DNA from: Candidatus Eiseniibacteriota bacterium
GTDB taxonomy: Bacteria > Eisenbacteria > RBG-16-71-46 > SZUA-252
Assembly: GCA_963703225.1 (NCBI GenBank)
Contig: OY969801.1
Location: 544,001 to 608,000 of the forward strand
Direction of reading: 5' to 3'
Length of the DNA stretch: 64,000 nucleotides
Position 1 is the stretch's first letter. Each line of letters starts with the position of its first letter. This document shows, piece by piece, positions 14,774 to 26,431 of this stretch. The notes beneath the pieces are model-generated. The model did not search any database. It was given only the letters and a program-made list of their open reading frames with translations, and was not told the origin of the DNA. The position numbers were made by a program, and so were the translations under genes.

Positions 14774-17033
14774 ACCGCTCAAGGTTCTCGAATCGAGGAA
14801 GCGCGAGAAGGGGCCGGCGTCGAGCCGCCTGGCCCAGCTCATCACGCCCCACGCGAGACGGATCGCGCTCCTGATCGGTTTCCTCGTCTTCACCTGTCTC
14901 CTCTTCCCGCGTGAGCCCGCGTTCGAGGTGACGACGCTCCGGGAAGGATTCCCAGCCCGCCGAGACGTCATCGCCCCGATCCAGTTCTACGTGCTCAAGG
15001 ACCGGGATCGACTCCGCTCGGAGCAGGCGGCCGCCGCGCGGCGCGTGCCGCCGGTTTATTCGATCGATCCCAGCGTGGAGCCGCAGGTGCGCGCGCTGCT
15101 CGATTCGCTGGCGGGCACCGAGGACGCGCCTCCCCTCTCGGGCCGGACAGGAGCGCGCATCGCGCAGCGGCTCCGCACTCTCGGCGTCTCCGCGGGGACG
15201 CTGCGGCTTCTCCAGGGCTCGGAGGGGCGGCGGATCATCGTGCTGGCGCAGCGCATCGCGGAGCAGGCCTACATGGCGGGGCTGCTCCCCGAGATCGAGA
15301 GCGCGCGCCTCGAGACCGACGCCGTGGGCCCTTCGATCGAGCGCGACGGGCTTCACGTCCGGGTTCCCTGGGGCGCGCTCCACGATCGCTCGTCGCTCCG
15401 CGAGCTGGCCTGGGACGAGGGGCAGCGCGCATTCCCCAGCCGGCCCGAAGCGACCCAGGCGCTTCAGGAATTGATCTCGGCCGTGGTCCAGCCGAGCCTT
15501 CGCTACGAGGCGTCGACCACGGAGCGGATCCGCGCCGAGGCGCGATCCGTGGTGGAGCAGTACGACGGCCTGGTAAGGAAGGACGAGAAGATCATCGGAA
15601 GCCATGAGATCGCGACCGCCGAGCACATCCGGAAGCTGGAGTCGCTCCGGGCGTGGAACGCGCGGAGCCGGGCGGCGAACCGGCTGAACCAGGAGCTCTT
15701 GCCGCTCCTGGGGCGCCTCACGCTGATTCTCTTCCTGATCCTCGGCTTTGTCGGGTACTTGCGCCTGAACCATCGGAAGATCTACGAGGACACGAGCCTT
15801 CTCCTGCTACTCGCGATCCTCACCGCGTCCGTGATGGGAGTCGGTTGGGTCGTGGTGAACCAGTTCCGCGGCTACGAGATGCTCATCCCGGTGACCGTTC
15901 TCTCCCTGTCGGCGGCGCTCCTCTTTGGGCAGGCCCTCGCCTTCGCGGCGACGCTCGTCGCGTCCCTCCTCACCGGGGTCGTCTTCGGTCTGGGCCTTCC
16001 ATTCCTCACCGGGAGCGCGCTCGCGGGGATCGCGGCCCTCGCCACCGCCACGGGGGTGCGCCGCCGCCGTGACTTCTACCGCCCGATGCTCTTGATCGCC
16101 TCCGCCTACGCGCTCGCGATCATGGCCATGGGGCTCGTCGACGGCGCCATCGGCACGATCCTCCTGCGACGCGCGCTCTGGGGCGTCGCCGCCGGCTTCG
16201 CGTCCGTGCTCGTGGTGACGCTGATCCTCCCCATCCTGGAAACCCTCTTCTCGGTCACCACCGACATCACGCTCCTCGAGCTCGCCGACCTCAACCGCCC
16301 CATCCTGAGACGGCTGATGCTCGAGGCGCCTGGCACCTACCACCATAGCCTCGTGGTCGGGAGCCTCGCCGAGGCGGGCGCCGCCGCGATCGGGGCGAAT
16401 CCGCTCCTGGGGCGCGTCGACGCCTACTACCACGACATCGGCAAGATCGAGAAGGCGGAGTACTATGTGGAAAACCAGTCGAGCGCGCGGAGTCGGCACG
16501 AAAAGCTCTCGCCGACGATGAGCTGCCTCATCATCGAGGCGCACGTCAGGGAGGGCGCGGAGATCGCGCGCAAGGAGCGGCTCCCCAAGGCGATCGTGGA
16601 CGCGATTCTCGAGCACCACGGGACGACGCTCATGAGCTTCTTCTATCACAAGGCGCGCGAAGGCGACCCGAACGTCGAGGAGCGGGATTTCCGCTACCCG
16701 GGTCCGAAGCCGCGCTCCAAGGAGACGGCTGTTCTCATGCTCGCCGACGCCGTGGAAGCGGCGGCGCGCTCGCTGACGGAGCCGACGCCGAGCCGCATCC
16801 GCGGCGTGGTCACCCGCATTCTCGACGCCCGAGTGAAGGACGGCCAGCTTGACGAAAGCCCGATCACCTTCGAGGACCTCGCGAAGACCCGCGAGAGCTT
16901 CATCCCGATCCTCACCGCGCTCTTCCACGCGCGCGTCGACTACCCCGGCGCCCCCGCCACGGAGCGTCCCAGCCGTCCCAACGGCCGTCGCGTCCACGGA
17001 GAGAAATCCCGGCTTAAGATTGACCACTCTTAA
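14763..17033 (+). CDS. 7TM-HD (HDIG) phosphohydrolase, PgpH/YqfF-like
   Basis: Extracellular domain, multi-TM block, APGTYHHS, YYHDIGK, EHHGTT, YPGPKP, LMLADAVEAA. Sits between phoH and ybeY. Confidence 0.88.
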
Positions 17034-17475
17034 GTCGCTGGTCCGGGACGCCCTCCTCCGTCTCGGCCGCCCGCGCGCGACCGCCTCGATCGTTCTGACC
17101 GGCGACGCGACCATTCGTATTCTGAACCGCGATTTTCGCGAGGTCGACCAGGCGACCGACGTCCTCTCCTTTCCCCTCGCCGACCCCGAAGCGCTCGAAG
17201 ACCCGACGCGTCCGGTCTTCCTCGGGGAGATCTACGTTTCCATCGAAACGGCTCGGGCGCAGGCCCGCGCCGCGCGACGCCCCTACGCGCGCGAGGTCGC
17301 CCACCTCGTGATCCACGGCCTGCTGCATCTCCTCGGCCATGACCATCAATCGGGCGCCGCGAGGCGTCGCATGGCGGCGCTTGAATCGCGGCTCATGCGC
17401 GCCCTTTCCCGCCAAATTGCCGCGCTCGGGGCTGTCAGCCACACCGGGCGAAGTGGTAAGATGGCACGATGTTGA
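17020..17475 (+). CDS. ybeY: rRNA maturation endoribonuclease YbeY (start approximate)
   Basis: LNRDFR..D.ATDVLSFP, LGEIYVS, HGLLHLLGHDH. Confidence 0.92.
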   Translation: MTTLKSLVRDALLRLGRPRATASIVLTGDATIRILNRDFREVDQATDVLSFPLADPEALEDPTRPVFLGEIYVSIETARAQARAARRPYAREVAHLVIHGLLHLLGHDHQSGAARRRMAALESRLMRALSRQIAALGAVSHTGRSGKMARC

Positions 17476-18116
17476 AACGTTTGCGGACCTACTTCCTGAC
17501 GGGGCTTTTGGTCCTTTCCCCCGTCGTGATCACGGCCTACGTGCTCTGGAAGCTCTTCATCTTCGTCGACCACCTGCTCGGCGCCACGATGCGCGGCGGA
17601 TATATCCGCCCCGGAGGGGTGCCGGGTCTCGGCTTCGTCACCGTCATCATCCTCATCACGATTACCGGCGCGTTCGCGAACAACTTCCTGGGCCGCTCGC
17701 TGGGCGGCATCATCGAAGGGCTGATCCTCAGGGTCCCGTTTCTCCGGGGCCTCTACGGAACCCTCAAGGAGATGGGCGAGGCGATCCTGAGCGAGCGAAA
17801 AGGAGCGTTTCAGCGGGTCGTGCTGGTGCCCTACCCCTCGGCCGGAGTGTACTCGATCGGCCTCGTGACCTCGGCGCCCCCGCGCTCCATGGACGAAGCG
17901 GTGGGGGAGCCGCTGGAGGGGGTCTTCATTCCGACGCCGCCCAACCCGACCACCGGTCCGCTCGTCTACTACCCGCGGAACCAGCTCATTCCGACGACGC
18001 TCCGCGTGGAGCAGGCCCTCAAGATGGTCGTCTCGGGCGGGGTGGTCGTCCCGGCCGAGCCAGGGGTCGCCGCCGGGGAGGCCCCGTCCGCGTCTCCCCA
18101 GCATGGAGCGCGGTAA
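17469..18116 (+). CDS. DUF502 membrane protein
   Basis: FLTGLLVLSPVVIT...VFIPTPPNPTTG...ALKMVVSGG. Confidence 0.85.
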   Translation: MLKRLRTYFLTGLLVLSPVVITAYVLWKLFIFVDHLLGATMRGGYIRPGGVPGLGFVTVIILITITGAFANNFLGRSLGGIIEGLILRVPFLRGLYGTLKEMGEAILSERKGAFQRVVLVPYPSAGVYSIGLVTSAPPRSMDEAVGEPLEGVFIPTPPNPTTGPLVYYPRNQLIPTTLRVEQALKMVVSGGVVVPAEPGVAAGEAPSASPQHGAR

Positions 18117-18118
18117 GC

Positions 18119-18894
18119 GTGGCGATCGTCCAGACCGACGCGCTCGTCCTTCGGTCCTACCGCCTCGGGGAGACGAGCTTGATCGTCCACCTCTTCACCG
18201 GCGATCACGGCCTCATGCGCTGCGTCGCCAAGGGCGCCCGCGGACCCAAGAGCCGATTCGGTGCTTCCCTCGAGCCTGGCGTCAAGGTCAGTGTCGTCGT
18301 CTACCGAAAGCTCTCACGCGACCTTCAGCTCCTCTCCAAAGCCGACATACTCGCGTATTGGCCCTCCCTCTGGGAGGACCCGGAGCGCTTCGCCCGAGCG
18401 GGCGCCGTGCTTGAATTTCTCGACCGCGCGGCGTATGGCGAGGCCGGGGACGCCCCGCTCCTCGACCTGGCGACCGACACCCTCGCCGCGATGAGCGCGG
18501 CACCCATGGCCGCCCTGGAGGCGATCCTCCGCGGTTTCGAGATCCAGGCTCTCCAGCGCTTGGGTCTCGCGCCCGAGCTGTGGGCCTGTCTCGAGTGCAG
18601 GGGGCCGCTCGACCGGGGTGGTCTCTTCCATCCCATTCGGGGCGGCCTTCTCTGCGGCGCGCCCTGCGGCGGCGACGGCGGCGCATTCCGTATCTCGGAG
18701 CGCGCGCGGAAGACCCTCATCGGGCTGGGAGAGCATTCCGCGGCTTCGATCGGTGGCTGGGCGATGGAGCGTTATCCCGGGCCCGAGGTCTCCCGCTCCA
18801 TCGAGCGATTTCTCTCGGCGCACCTGGAGCGGTTCGAGGGGCTCAAGTCGCAGCGCGTGGGCGAGCGGATGGCGCACTACCTGGGGAACGGCCG

Positions 18895-18898
<4 letters not shown>
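18119..18898 (+). CDS. recO: DNA repair protein RecO
   Basis: [22 protein letters not shown]...VAKGAR, plus a Cys cluster CLEC...C...C. Precedes glyQ. Confidence 0.9.
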
Positions 18899-19822
<924 letters not shown>

Positions 19823-19830
<8 letters not shown>

Positions 19831-21943
19831 GAGCCTGCTCCTCGAGGTCGGCTGCGAAGAGCTCCCGGCCGGGTTCCTCGACCCTGCGTTGGGGGAGCTG
19901 GAAAGCCTCGCGCGCGCGGGGTTGGCGGAAGCCCGTCTCACATACGCGGCGCTCCGCGTCACCGGAACACCCCGCCGCCTGTCCCTGCTTGTCGACGGGC
20001 TCGCCGATCGACAGGCGGACCTGAATCGGGAAGTGATGGGCCCCGCGGTCCGCGTGGCCTACGACGCCTCAGGTCAACCAACCAACGCCGCCCGCGGCTT
20101 CGCGAAGGGAGCCGGCGTTTCCGTGGAGTCGCTCACTCGGGTCACGACGCCGAAGGGGGAGTACCTCCTCGCCCGGGTCCTCGACTCCGGGAAATCCGCC
20201 GCGGATGTGCTCCCCCGTCTCTTGAGCGCGTGGACGCTCGGTCTTCACTTTCCCAAGACGATGCACTGGGAGGGGCCGGCCCGCTTCGCCCGGCCCGTGC
20301 GCTGGCTGGTCGCCCTCCTCGGCAGCACGGTTCTCCCCCTCGAGCTGTTCGGGGTCCAAGCGGGGAAGAAGAGCCGCGGACACCGCACCATCGCTCCCGA
20401 TTGGTTCGAGGTGCGGCGGGCGGCCGACTACGCCAGCGCCCTCCGCGAACGGGGCGTCATGCTCGATCCGGAGTCGCGGCGCGAAGCGATCGCCGAGGAG
20501 CTGAGCCGGGCCGCGAAGAAGGTCTCCGGTCTGCCCGTCGAGGACCGGGAGCTGGTCGAGGAGGTGGCGAACCTCGTCGAGTGGCCCGAAGCCGTCCTCG
20601 GCTCCTTCGATCCCGAGTACTTGAAGCTACCCCGCGCCGTGGTCGTGACCGCGATGCGCGCGCATCAGCGCTACTTCGCCATCCAGGCCAAGGACGGCTC
20701 GCTTTCCCCCCACTTCGTCATGATCCGAAGCGGTCGCGGCGAGGGAGCCGATCAGATTCGACGCGGCACCGAGATCGTACTTCGCGCCCGGCTCGAGGAC
20801 GCCCGCTTCTACTGGGAGAACGACCTCAAAGGCGGACTCGAGGCGAAGCTGCCGGGGCTCAAGGGGATCGTCTGGCACGAACGACTCGGGACGATTTATG
20901 ACCGCACCCTGCGCCTCGGGGAGCTCGCGGAGGAGCTGGCGCGCGTGCTCGCCCCGAGCGCCCGCGCGGCCGTCGCCCGGGCCGCGCGGCTCTGCAAAGC
21001 CGACCTCGCGAGCGAGATGGTCCGTTCGGGGAAGGAGTTCGCCTCCCTCCAGGGAATCATCGGCGCCGAGTACGCCGCGGTCTCGGGGGAGCCGCCTGCG
21101 GTGGTCCAGGCCATCCGGGAGCACTACCTCCCCGAGGGGCCATCCGATCCGATCCCGACCACCGCCGAAGGGAGGCTCCTGAGCCTGGCCGACAAGATCG
21201 AGGCGATTGTTGGCGGCTTTCGGGCCGGGCTCACGGTCTCCGGGTCCCAAGACCCCTACGGCCTGCGGCGGGCTGGAAATGGCATCGTCCGGATACTCTT
21301 GGAAGCCGGATGGCGGGTCGACGTCCTGGAATGCGCCAAATGGCTGGAGGGGGTTTACGACAAGGCGGGAGTCGCGAAGGCCGCGTCTTCCGGGCTTTCG
21401 GAGTACTGGATCCAGAGGCTCGAGAGCGCCCTGGCGGACCGCGGGATCGGGAGCGAGACCGCGGCGGCCGTTCTTGCCGTCAGGCCCGGCGACCCGGTTG
21501 ACGTCCTGGGCCGCTCACAGGCCATCGACAAGATCCGGCAAAGCCCTGATTTCGAAGGACTTATGATCGGATATCGGCGCGCTGCCAACATCCTCCGAAC
21601 CGCCTCGCCTGAAGACGTCGCCACTTCCGGCCAGCCCTTGGCGGAGCGGGCTGAGGCCTTCGGAGAAAAGGCGGAGGCGGACCTACACCTAGAGACGAAG
21701 ATGGCGAGGCAGGCGGTGGAGAGCTACCTAAAGGCCCCGCGACCGGATTACCCGGCGATCCTCAGCCATCTGCTCGGGCTCCGCCCCTCGATTGACCGAT
21801 TCTTTGAAGCAGTGATGGTCATGGCGGAAGACCCTGTCGTCAGAAAGAGACGCCTTGGCCTGCTCCAGGCCGTCTGCCAAACATTCCTCAGAATTGCCGA
21901 TTTCTCGGCCCTCCCATCGGCTCCAGATCAAAAATCCGTTTGA
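19823..21943 (+). CDS. glyS: Glycyl-tRNA synthetase beta subunit
   Basis: [40 protein letters not shown]-terminal DALR domain. Confidence 0.95.
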
Positions 21944-21968
21944 CATTAGGGGCTTTTTGACCTATACT
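21940..21968 (+). promoter_or_regulatory. Near-consensus sigma70 promoter
   Basis: TTGACA(21940-45)-N17-TATACT(21963-68). Confidence 0.75.
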
Positions 21969-21974
21969 GGGTGG

Positions 21975-22402
21975 GTAAAGGAGACAAAATAACTTGTCTC
22001 CTGGAGCCGCAACCGCTAGAACCTATTGACCTTACACCTGACGAACGACATCGCCCGGGCTGACGGTGCGGCTCGCTTTGTCTTCGGTTAGGTTTGCGTC
22101 TGGAAACTGCGCTATCAAATAGAGATCTGATTTTCGAAGGGGGTGAGAACACTTCGGGTTAGCGCTTACTGATTCTTACGAAAAGACTTGATTGAACCCA
22201 AAATCCAGAAATATGAGGAAAGGAGGTCGGTGATCAACGCGAAGAGGAGCCCTATGGATGCTCGGTACTGTCCCAACGAGCGGGCGCCTCGATGCTCCAC
22301 TCCAAGCTCAACGAGTTGTACCAGGTCCCGTGAAGTTAGGTTCCAAATCTAGTCCTCCCGGTATTGGACTCCGAGTTAGGAAACGCTAAGGAGGATGTGA
22401 AA
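21975..22402 (+). other. Long, probably structured 5' leader / candidate ncRNA
   Basis: Stems AGGAGACAA/TTGTCTCCT (21979-22002), GAGCCGCA/TGCGGCTC (22004-22074) and TCTGATTTT/AAAATCCAGA (22126-22209) enclosing a GAGA-capped hairpin. No family recognised. Confidence 0.4.
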
Positions 22403-25400
22403 ATGCGGAAAACCTTTTTTGCCATGCTTGGACTCGTGGCGATCGCTGGTTGGGCGCTGCCCGCGGCGGCGGCTCCCACGTCCGGCGGGCTAGTCACAGA
22501 TCCGCCGGCTATGCGTCCGGAGCCGGTCTCCCTCGAGAACAGGGCCGGAAACATCGGCGCAACGGCCCGCGGCGAGCGGTTGAACCAGGGTGCCCTTATG
22601 AGCGGCACGCTGCTCAAGCAGACCGCCGTAACCACCGTCTGGTACCTCTATCCGGGTGCCTGCGTGCAGCGTGCCCTCGGCACTTGGGCGCCCAAGTCGA
22701 CTCCGGTGGCCGATAGCCTCCAGCCGACGGCCGGGTTCCCGAACAGCGCGGGGTACACCGCCAATCAGCCGGACATCGCCGGCAACAACAACACCATCGC
22801 CTACACGCGTCTCGACAATTCGCTTCCCGAGAGGCTCTGGCACGTCGTGAACGTCGGCGTCCCGGCGGCTGAGCGTCCGGCGATCATCAACGGATCGAAT
22901 AGCATCTGGTGCGGAAAGTACGACCCCACCGTGAACGGTGTCGCGGTCGGCTATCCAAACCTGACGTTCCAGATCCTGTACATCGACACGGGTTCGCACG
23001 CGGGCCCCACGTACCACCTGACGTTCAATGGCGTCCTCGGCACCGAGCAGAATTACGACTACAACACCATCATCGGTGGTGGTGGGTTGGGACAGCTGGA
23101 TCACAACGATCCACTCACCAACCGCCGCGACCTGTTTATCCCGATGATCCCGTCGTCCACCGCGGGCCAGATCACCGCGGGGCCGTACGGTGACTCGGAC
23201 AACATCGTCGTCTTCACGGGGAACATTCAAGCCCCGCAAGTGCGCACCCAGAATCACACGGGCGTGTTCTCCAACTCGATCGTCGTGGGCGCCGCGGCTG
23301 GATTCCCGACAACGCAGCCCTACGACATCACGATCGATGGCGATCATCGGGCGATCTACTGGTGCTTCACGGCCGACTGCTTGGCCTCGCCCTTTGACGC
23401 AGGCTGGCCGGAGAGCAACGGGCAGATCATCGATGACATCGCGACCAGCGACAACGGGGCGATCTACACGGATCAGGCCGAGGCTGGAACGCCCGATGCG
23501 ACCCCGGGCGGCTCGGTCATCGTGGGTACCTACGGATCAGCGGGATATGTTGCCTCCCGTATTCCTCCCGGTATCGGCGAACTCTGGCAGCTCGCGATTG
23601 GGACCGACAATCCCACTTCGGACCAGTGCGCGCTCCAGCAGGCGACCTCGTCGGCCCTGTTCTTCGAGGGCGGCGACCCGAACACCAATCTCGCCATCAA
23701 CAAGCAGTACAACTCGGTCGTGACCTGCGCCTTCCCGATTCCTGCCGGAACCGCATCGGTCCAGGCGTTCTGGAACGAGTACCTCGACCTGCCGCGATTC
23801 GCTGGTTACGTGCAGCAGACCGAGTTCCGCGCGTTTAAGGCCGGGGCCTGGGGCGTCTGGGATCCATCGTCTGCGGGCGGTGGCGTCGTCACCGGCGCGA
23901 ACCAAGCGTGGCTATTGGACGGAGACGAGCTGGGATCGGCGGTGCAGGCCGACTCGGTCCAGGTTCGCTACAACCTACAGTGCATTCCTCCGTTCGCGGC
24001 CGACCTGGTGAACTGCTCTAGTACCCAGTCGAACGCGCTCTTATATGACGACTTCCGGCTTATGATCACGTCGGGAGTCCCGTCACCGATCTTTGGGATC
24101 TTCCCTGGATCGATCGCCCAGACGACGTTCGTTGATGGCCAGATCGGCTCGACTGTGGCCGGTGCGCCAAGCAACTGCGGGGCCAACGTCGGCCATTGCT
24201 GGCCTGGGAACCGTGGGTCGGGCCTGGGCACCCCGGCGGACCACAACATCGCCATCCATGACAACTGGAACCAGACCCTGGGCGACACGGTCGTTCTGGC
24301 CATCGTCACAGGTCTGCGCAAGAATGGGATGGGGATCAACTGGAAGCACGGGTTGGACAAGTCCATCGACAAGGGCGAGAACTATCTCGCCCGGACGAAT
24401 GGTTCCTACAACCCCGCGTTTGACTTCCCGCGGATGATCTACCGCCTGTTCGACCCGGCCACGAAGACGTGGAGCAACTTCGACTCCTGCGAGATCTACG
24501 CGCACGTTTCGATCGCGGGACCGGACACGTTCATCACCGGTATCGGGGCGCCTTCGTCCTACGCCATCAACTGGCCGCCGCCTGACAAGGTCGCAGCCGG
24601 CGCTTCGCTCCCGGGCGGCTTCTCGATCAACGGGACCACGCTGTATTCCGCACTGTCGTTCCTGCCCAGGGGCACGCGGATGCAGTACTACTTCAAGGGC
24701 GTCGACATCCTCGGCGGAACTTCCTGGCAGTTCACGTCCGACTTCCTCGCCCGCGAAGTTGAGGATCTGCCGACCCTGCCTGGCAGCTCGCTCAGGCCCC
24801 CGGACATCATCGAGTTCCGCGTTCTTCCGGGCGCCTATCCAGCAGGACCTGCGGGCTCGTTGTTGGCTGGTAAGACCGACGCCGACGTCTTGAATATGGA
24901 CTTCACCTACACCACGTGGGCCTTTGGGTACGATCCTGTGACCCAGGCGTTGCGTGGGTTGGGCGTCCGCAACGATCGGTATCGCCACACCAGCAGCGGC
25001 ACGACCGCGCACAACGTCGGCGGTCATGAGCTTCCGGGCACGCGTCCCGATCGTCTGAGCAACTTCTTCCCGAACTACCTCGAATACCCGATCGCGGACT
25101 CGCTGGCCTCCTGGTATCGGATCTTCATCCAGAACGGCCACACGACCACGGTTACGGTATTCAGCGAGCAGGACGCGATCCTTGCCCAGCAGTGGTGGGC
25201 ACGGGATACCGGCTCGAACCAAGGCGATCGCTGCATCTTGATGACCGGCGACGACGTCATGAACACGCTGCTCAACACCACGGGCGTCATGACCACGAAT
25301 CAGGTCAGCCTCGCCCAGGATGTGTTCGGCGTCAATTCGGTCACCAATGCGTGGTCAGGCACGGTTGGAACGCCCACGCCAGTGATCGACGACCGCTTCG

Positions 25401-26224
25401 CGGCGGCGAGCGCTGGACCGGCCCTCGCGGCAGCCAACACGTACACGTATCCAGTGGACGGTACCTGCCCGGGTCCGAACAAGTTCGACGCGTTCGTGAA
25501 GGTGGGATCTGCGGACGCGGTGAGCGCGGTGTTCTATCCGAATCTCCAGATCGCTGGCATGGCTCGGATGAGCGAGCGGGACGCCGTTTCCGACAAGGAC
25601 CGCAACAAGGCCCTATCGTATGGCTTCTCGATTCAGTTCATCCGCGATCCGGCCTACAGCCAGATCAACCCGAACTACTCTCGTTCTGGCGTTGAGAACC
25701 GGATGCGAGTGCTCTACAAGTTCATCACGAGCTGCCGCGGTCCTCGTACGTCCGCTGCTGCTGACACCGGCAAGTGCTGGCCGTGCCCGAGCCCCGGAAC
25801 GACCCTCGCCCTGATGCAGGCAGATTGGGCGACGCAGTCGGCCGGATTCGTGACCGGAACGTGGGGACCGCTCTACCCGATCCAGGCTGGCGCGCTTGCT
25901 ACCGGCATCGACCCGGGTGATGGTGGTGAGGGTGCTCCGCGCATCAACAAGATCAACGGCAACTTCCCGAACCCGTTCAACCCGCAGACCGCGATCCGCT
26001 TCTCGAGCGCGCAGGCGGGCAAGGGTGAGATCCGCATCTTCAGCGTGGGTGGGCAGCTGGTCCGTACGCTGCGCGCCAACGTGACCGTGGGTGCGAACGA
26101 AGTCCGTTGGAATGGCAAGAAGAGCGACGGCACGTCGCTCGCAAGCGGGGTCTACTTCTACAAGATCGTCTTCCCGAACGGGGAGTCGTTCCGCGCACCG
26201 AACAACCTGGTGCTCGTGAAGTAG
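22403..26224 (+). CDS. Large secreted surface protein (1273 aa) with C-terminal FlgD-Ig/T9SS-like sorting domain
   Basis: SD AAGGAGG and Sec signal MRKTFFAMLGLVAIAGWALPAAA. C-terminus NFPNPFNPQTAIRF...GQLVRTL...WNGKKSDGTSLASGVYFYKI...LVLVK. Confidence 0.85.
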   Translation: MRKTFFAMLGLVAIAGWALPAAAAPTSGGLVTDPPAMRPEPVSLENRAGNIGATARGERLNQGALMSGTLLKQTAVTTVWYLYPGACVQRALGTWAPKSTPVADSLQPTAGFPNSAGYTANQPDIAGNNNTIAYTRLDNSLPERLWHVVNVGVPAAERPAIINGSNSIWCGKYDPTVNGVAVGYPNLTFQILYIDTGSHAGPTYHLTFNGVLGTEQNYDYNTIIGGGGLGQLDHNDPLTNRRDLFIPMIPSSTAGQITAGPYGDSDNIVVFTGNIQAPQVRTQNHTGVFSNSIVVGAAAGFPTTQPYDITIDGDHRAIYWCFTADCLASPFDAGWPESNGQIIDDIATSDNGAIYTDQAEAGTPDATPGGSVIVGTYGSAGYVASRIPPGIGELWQLAIGTDNPTSDQCALQQATSSALFFEGGDPNTNLAINKQYNSVVTCAFPIPAGTASVQAFWNEYLDLPRFAGYVQQTEFRAFKAGAWGVWDPSSAGGGVVTGANQAWLLDGDELGSAVQADSVQVRYNLQCIPPFAADLVNCSSTQSNALLYDDFRLMITSGVPSPIFGIFPGSIAQTTFVDGQIGSTVAGAPSNCGANVGHCWPGNRGSGLGTPADHNIAIHDNWNQTLGDTVVLAIVTGLRKNGMGINWKHGLDKSIDKGENYLARTNGSYNPAFDFPRMIYRLFDPATKTWSNFDSCEIYAHVSIAGPDTFITGIGAPSSYAINWPPPDKVAAGASLPGGFSINGTTLYSALSFLPRGTRMQYYFKGVDILGGTSWQFTSDFLAREVEDLPTLPGSSLRPPDIIEFRVLPGAYPAGPAGSLLAGKTDADVLNMDFTYTTWAFGYDPVTQALRGLGVRNDRYRHTSSGTTAHNVGGHELPGTRPDRLSNFFPNYLEYPIADSLASWYRIFIQNGHTTTVTVFSEQDAILAQQWWARDTGSNQGDRCILMTGDDVMNTLLNTTGVMTTNQVSLAQDVFGVNSVTNAWSGTVGTPTPVIDDRFAAASAGPALAAANTYTYPVDGTCPGPNKFDAFVKVGSADAVSAVFYPNLQIAGMARMSERDAVSDKDRNKALSYGFSIQFIRDPAYSQINPNYSRSGVENRMRVLYKFITSCRGPRTSAAADTGKCWPCPSPGTTLALMQADWATQSAGFVTGTWGPLYPIQAGALATGIDPGDGGEGAPRINKINGNFPNPFNPQTAIRFSSAQAGKGEIRIFSVGGQLVRTLRANVTVGANEVRWNGKKSDGTSLASGVYFYKIVFPNGESFRAPNNLVLVK

Positions 26225-26258
26225 CCCAGCAAGAGCAGTTGTCGAGCTGTATCGGAAG

Positions 26259-26297
26259 GGCCGCCGGGGGTAACACCCCGGCGGCCTTATCCGTTTT
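26259..26297 (+). terminator. Intrinsic terminator
   Basis: GGCCGCCGGGG/CCCCGGCGGCC stem (26259-26286) followed by TTATCCGTTTT. Confidence 0.7.
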
Positions 26298-26347
26298 GTG
26301 GGCCCAGGGATACGAGGAGGGGAGCGCCGGGGAAGCGGAAAATGGCG

Positions 26348-26377
26348 TTGACAGGGTCACCCTGGCGCTGCTAGCTT
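26348..26377 (+). promoter_or_regulatory. Putative sigma70 promoter of the lipoprotein cluster
   Basis: TTGACA-N18-TAGCTT with extended TGn. Palindrome CAGGGT-C-ACCCTG (26352-64) overlaps the spacer. Confidence 0.5.
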
Positions 26378-26431
26378 TTGGTGGTCCCCAAACCAGCACC
26401 CAAATGCCTGCCGGCGCCTAACCCATAGTTC

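Noticed and set aside
22230..22352. RiPP precursor reading of the Cys/Ser/Thr-rich uORF
   Set aside because: No modifying enzymes, peptidase or transporter nearby.
21975..22402. Known riboswitch (c-di-AMP, c-di-GMP, T-box) in the long leader
   Set aside because: I could not match conserved cores by eye. Left as an unassigned structured leader.
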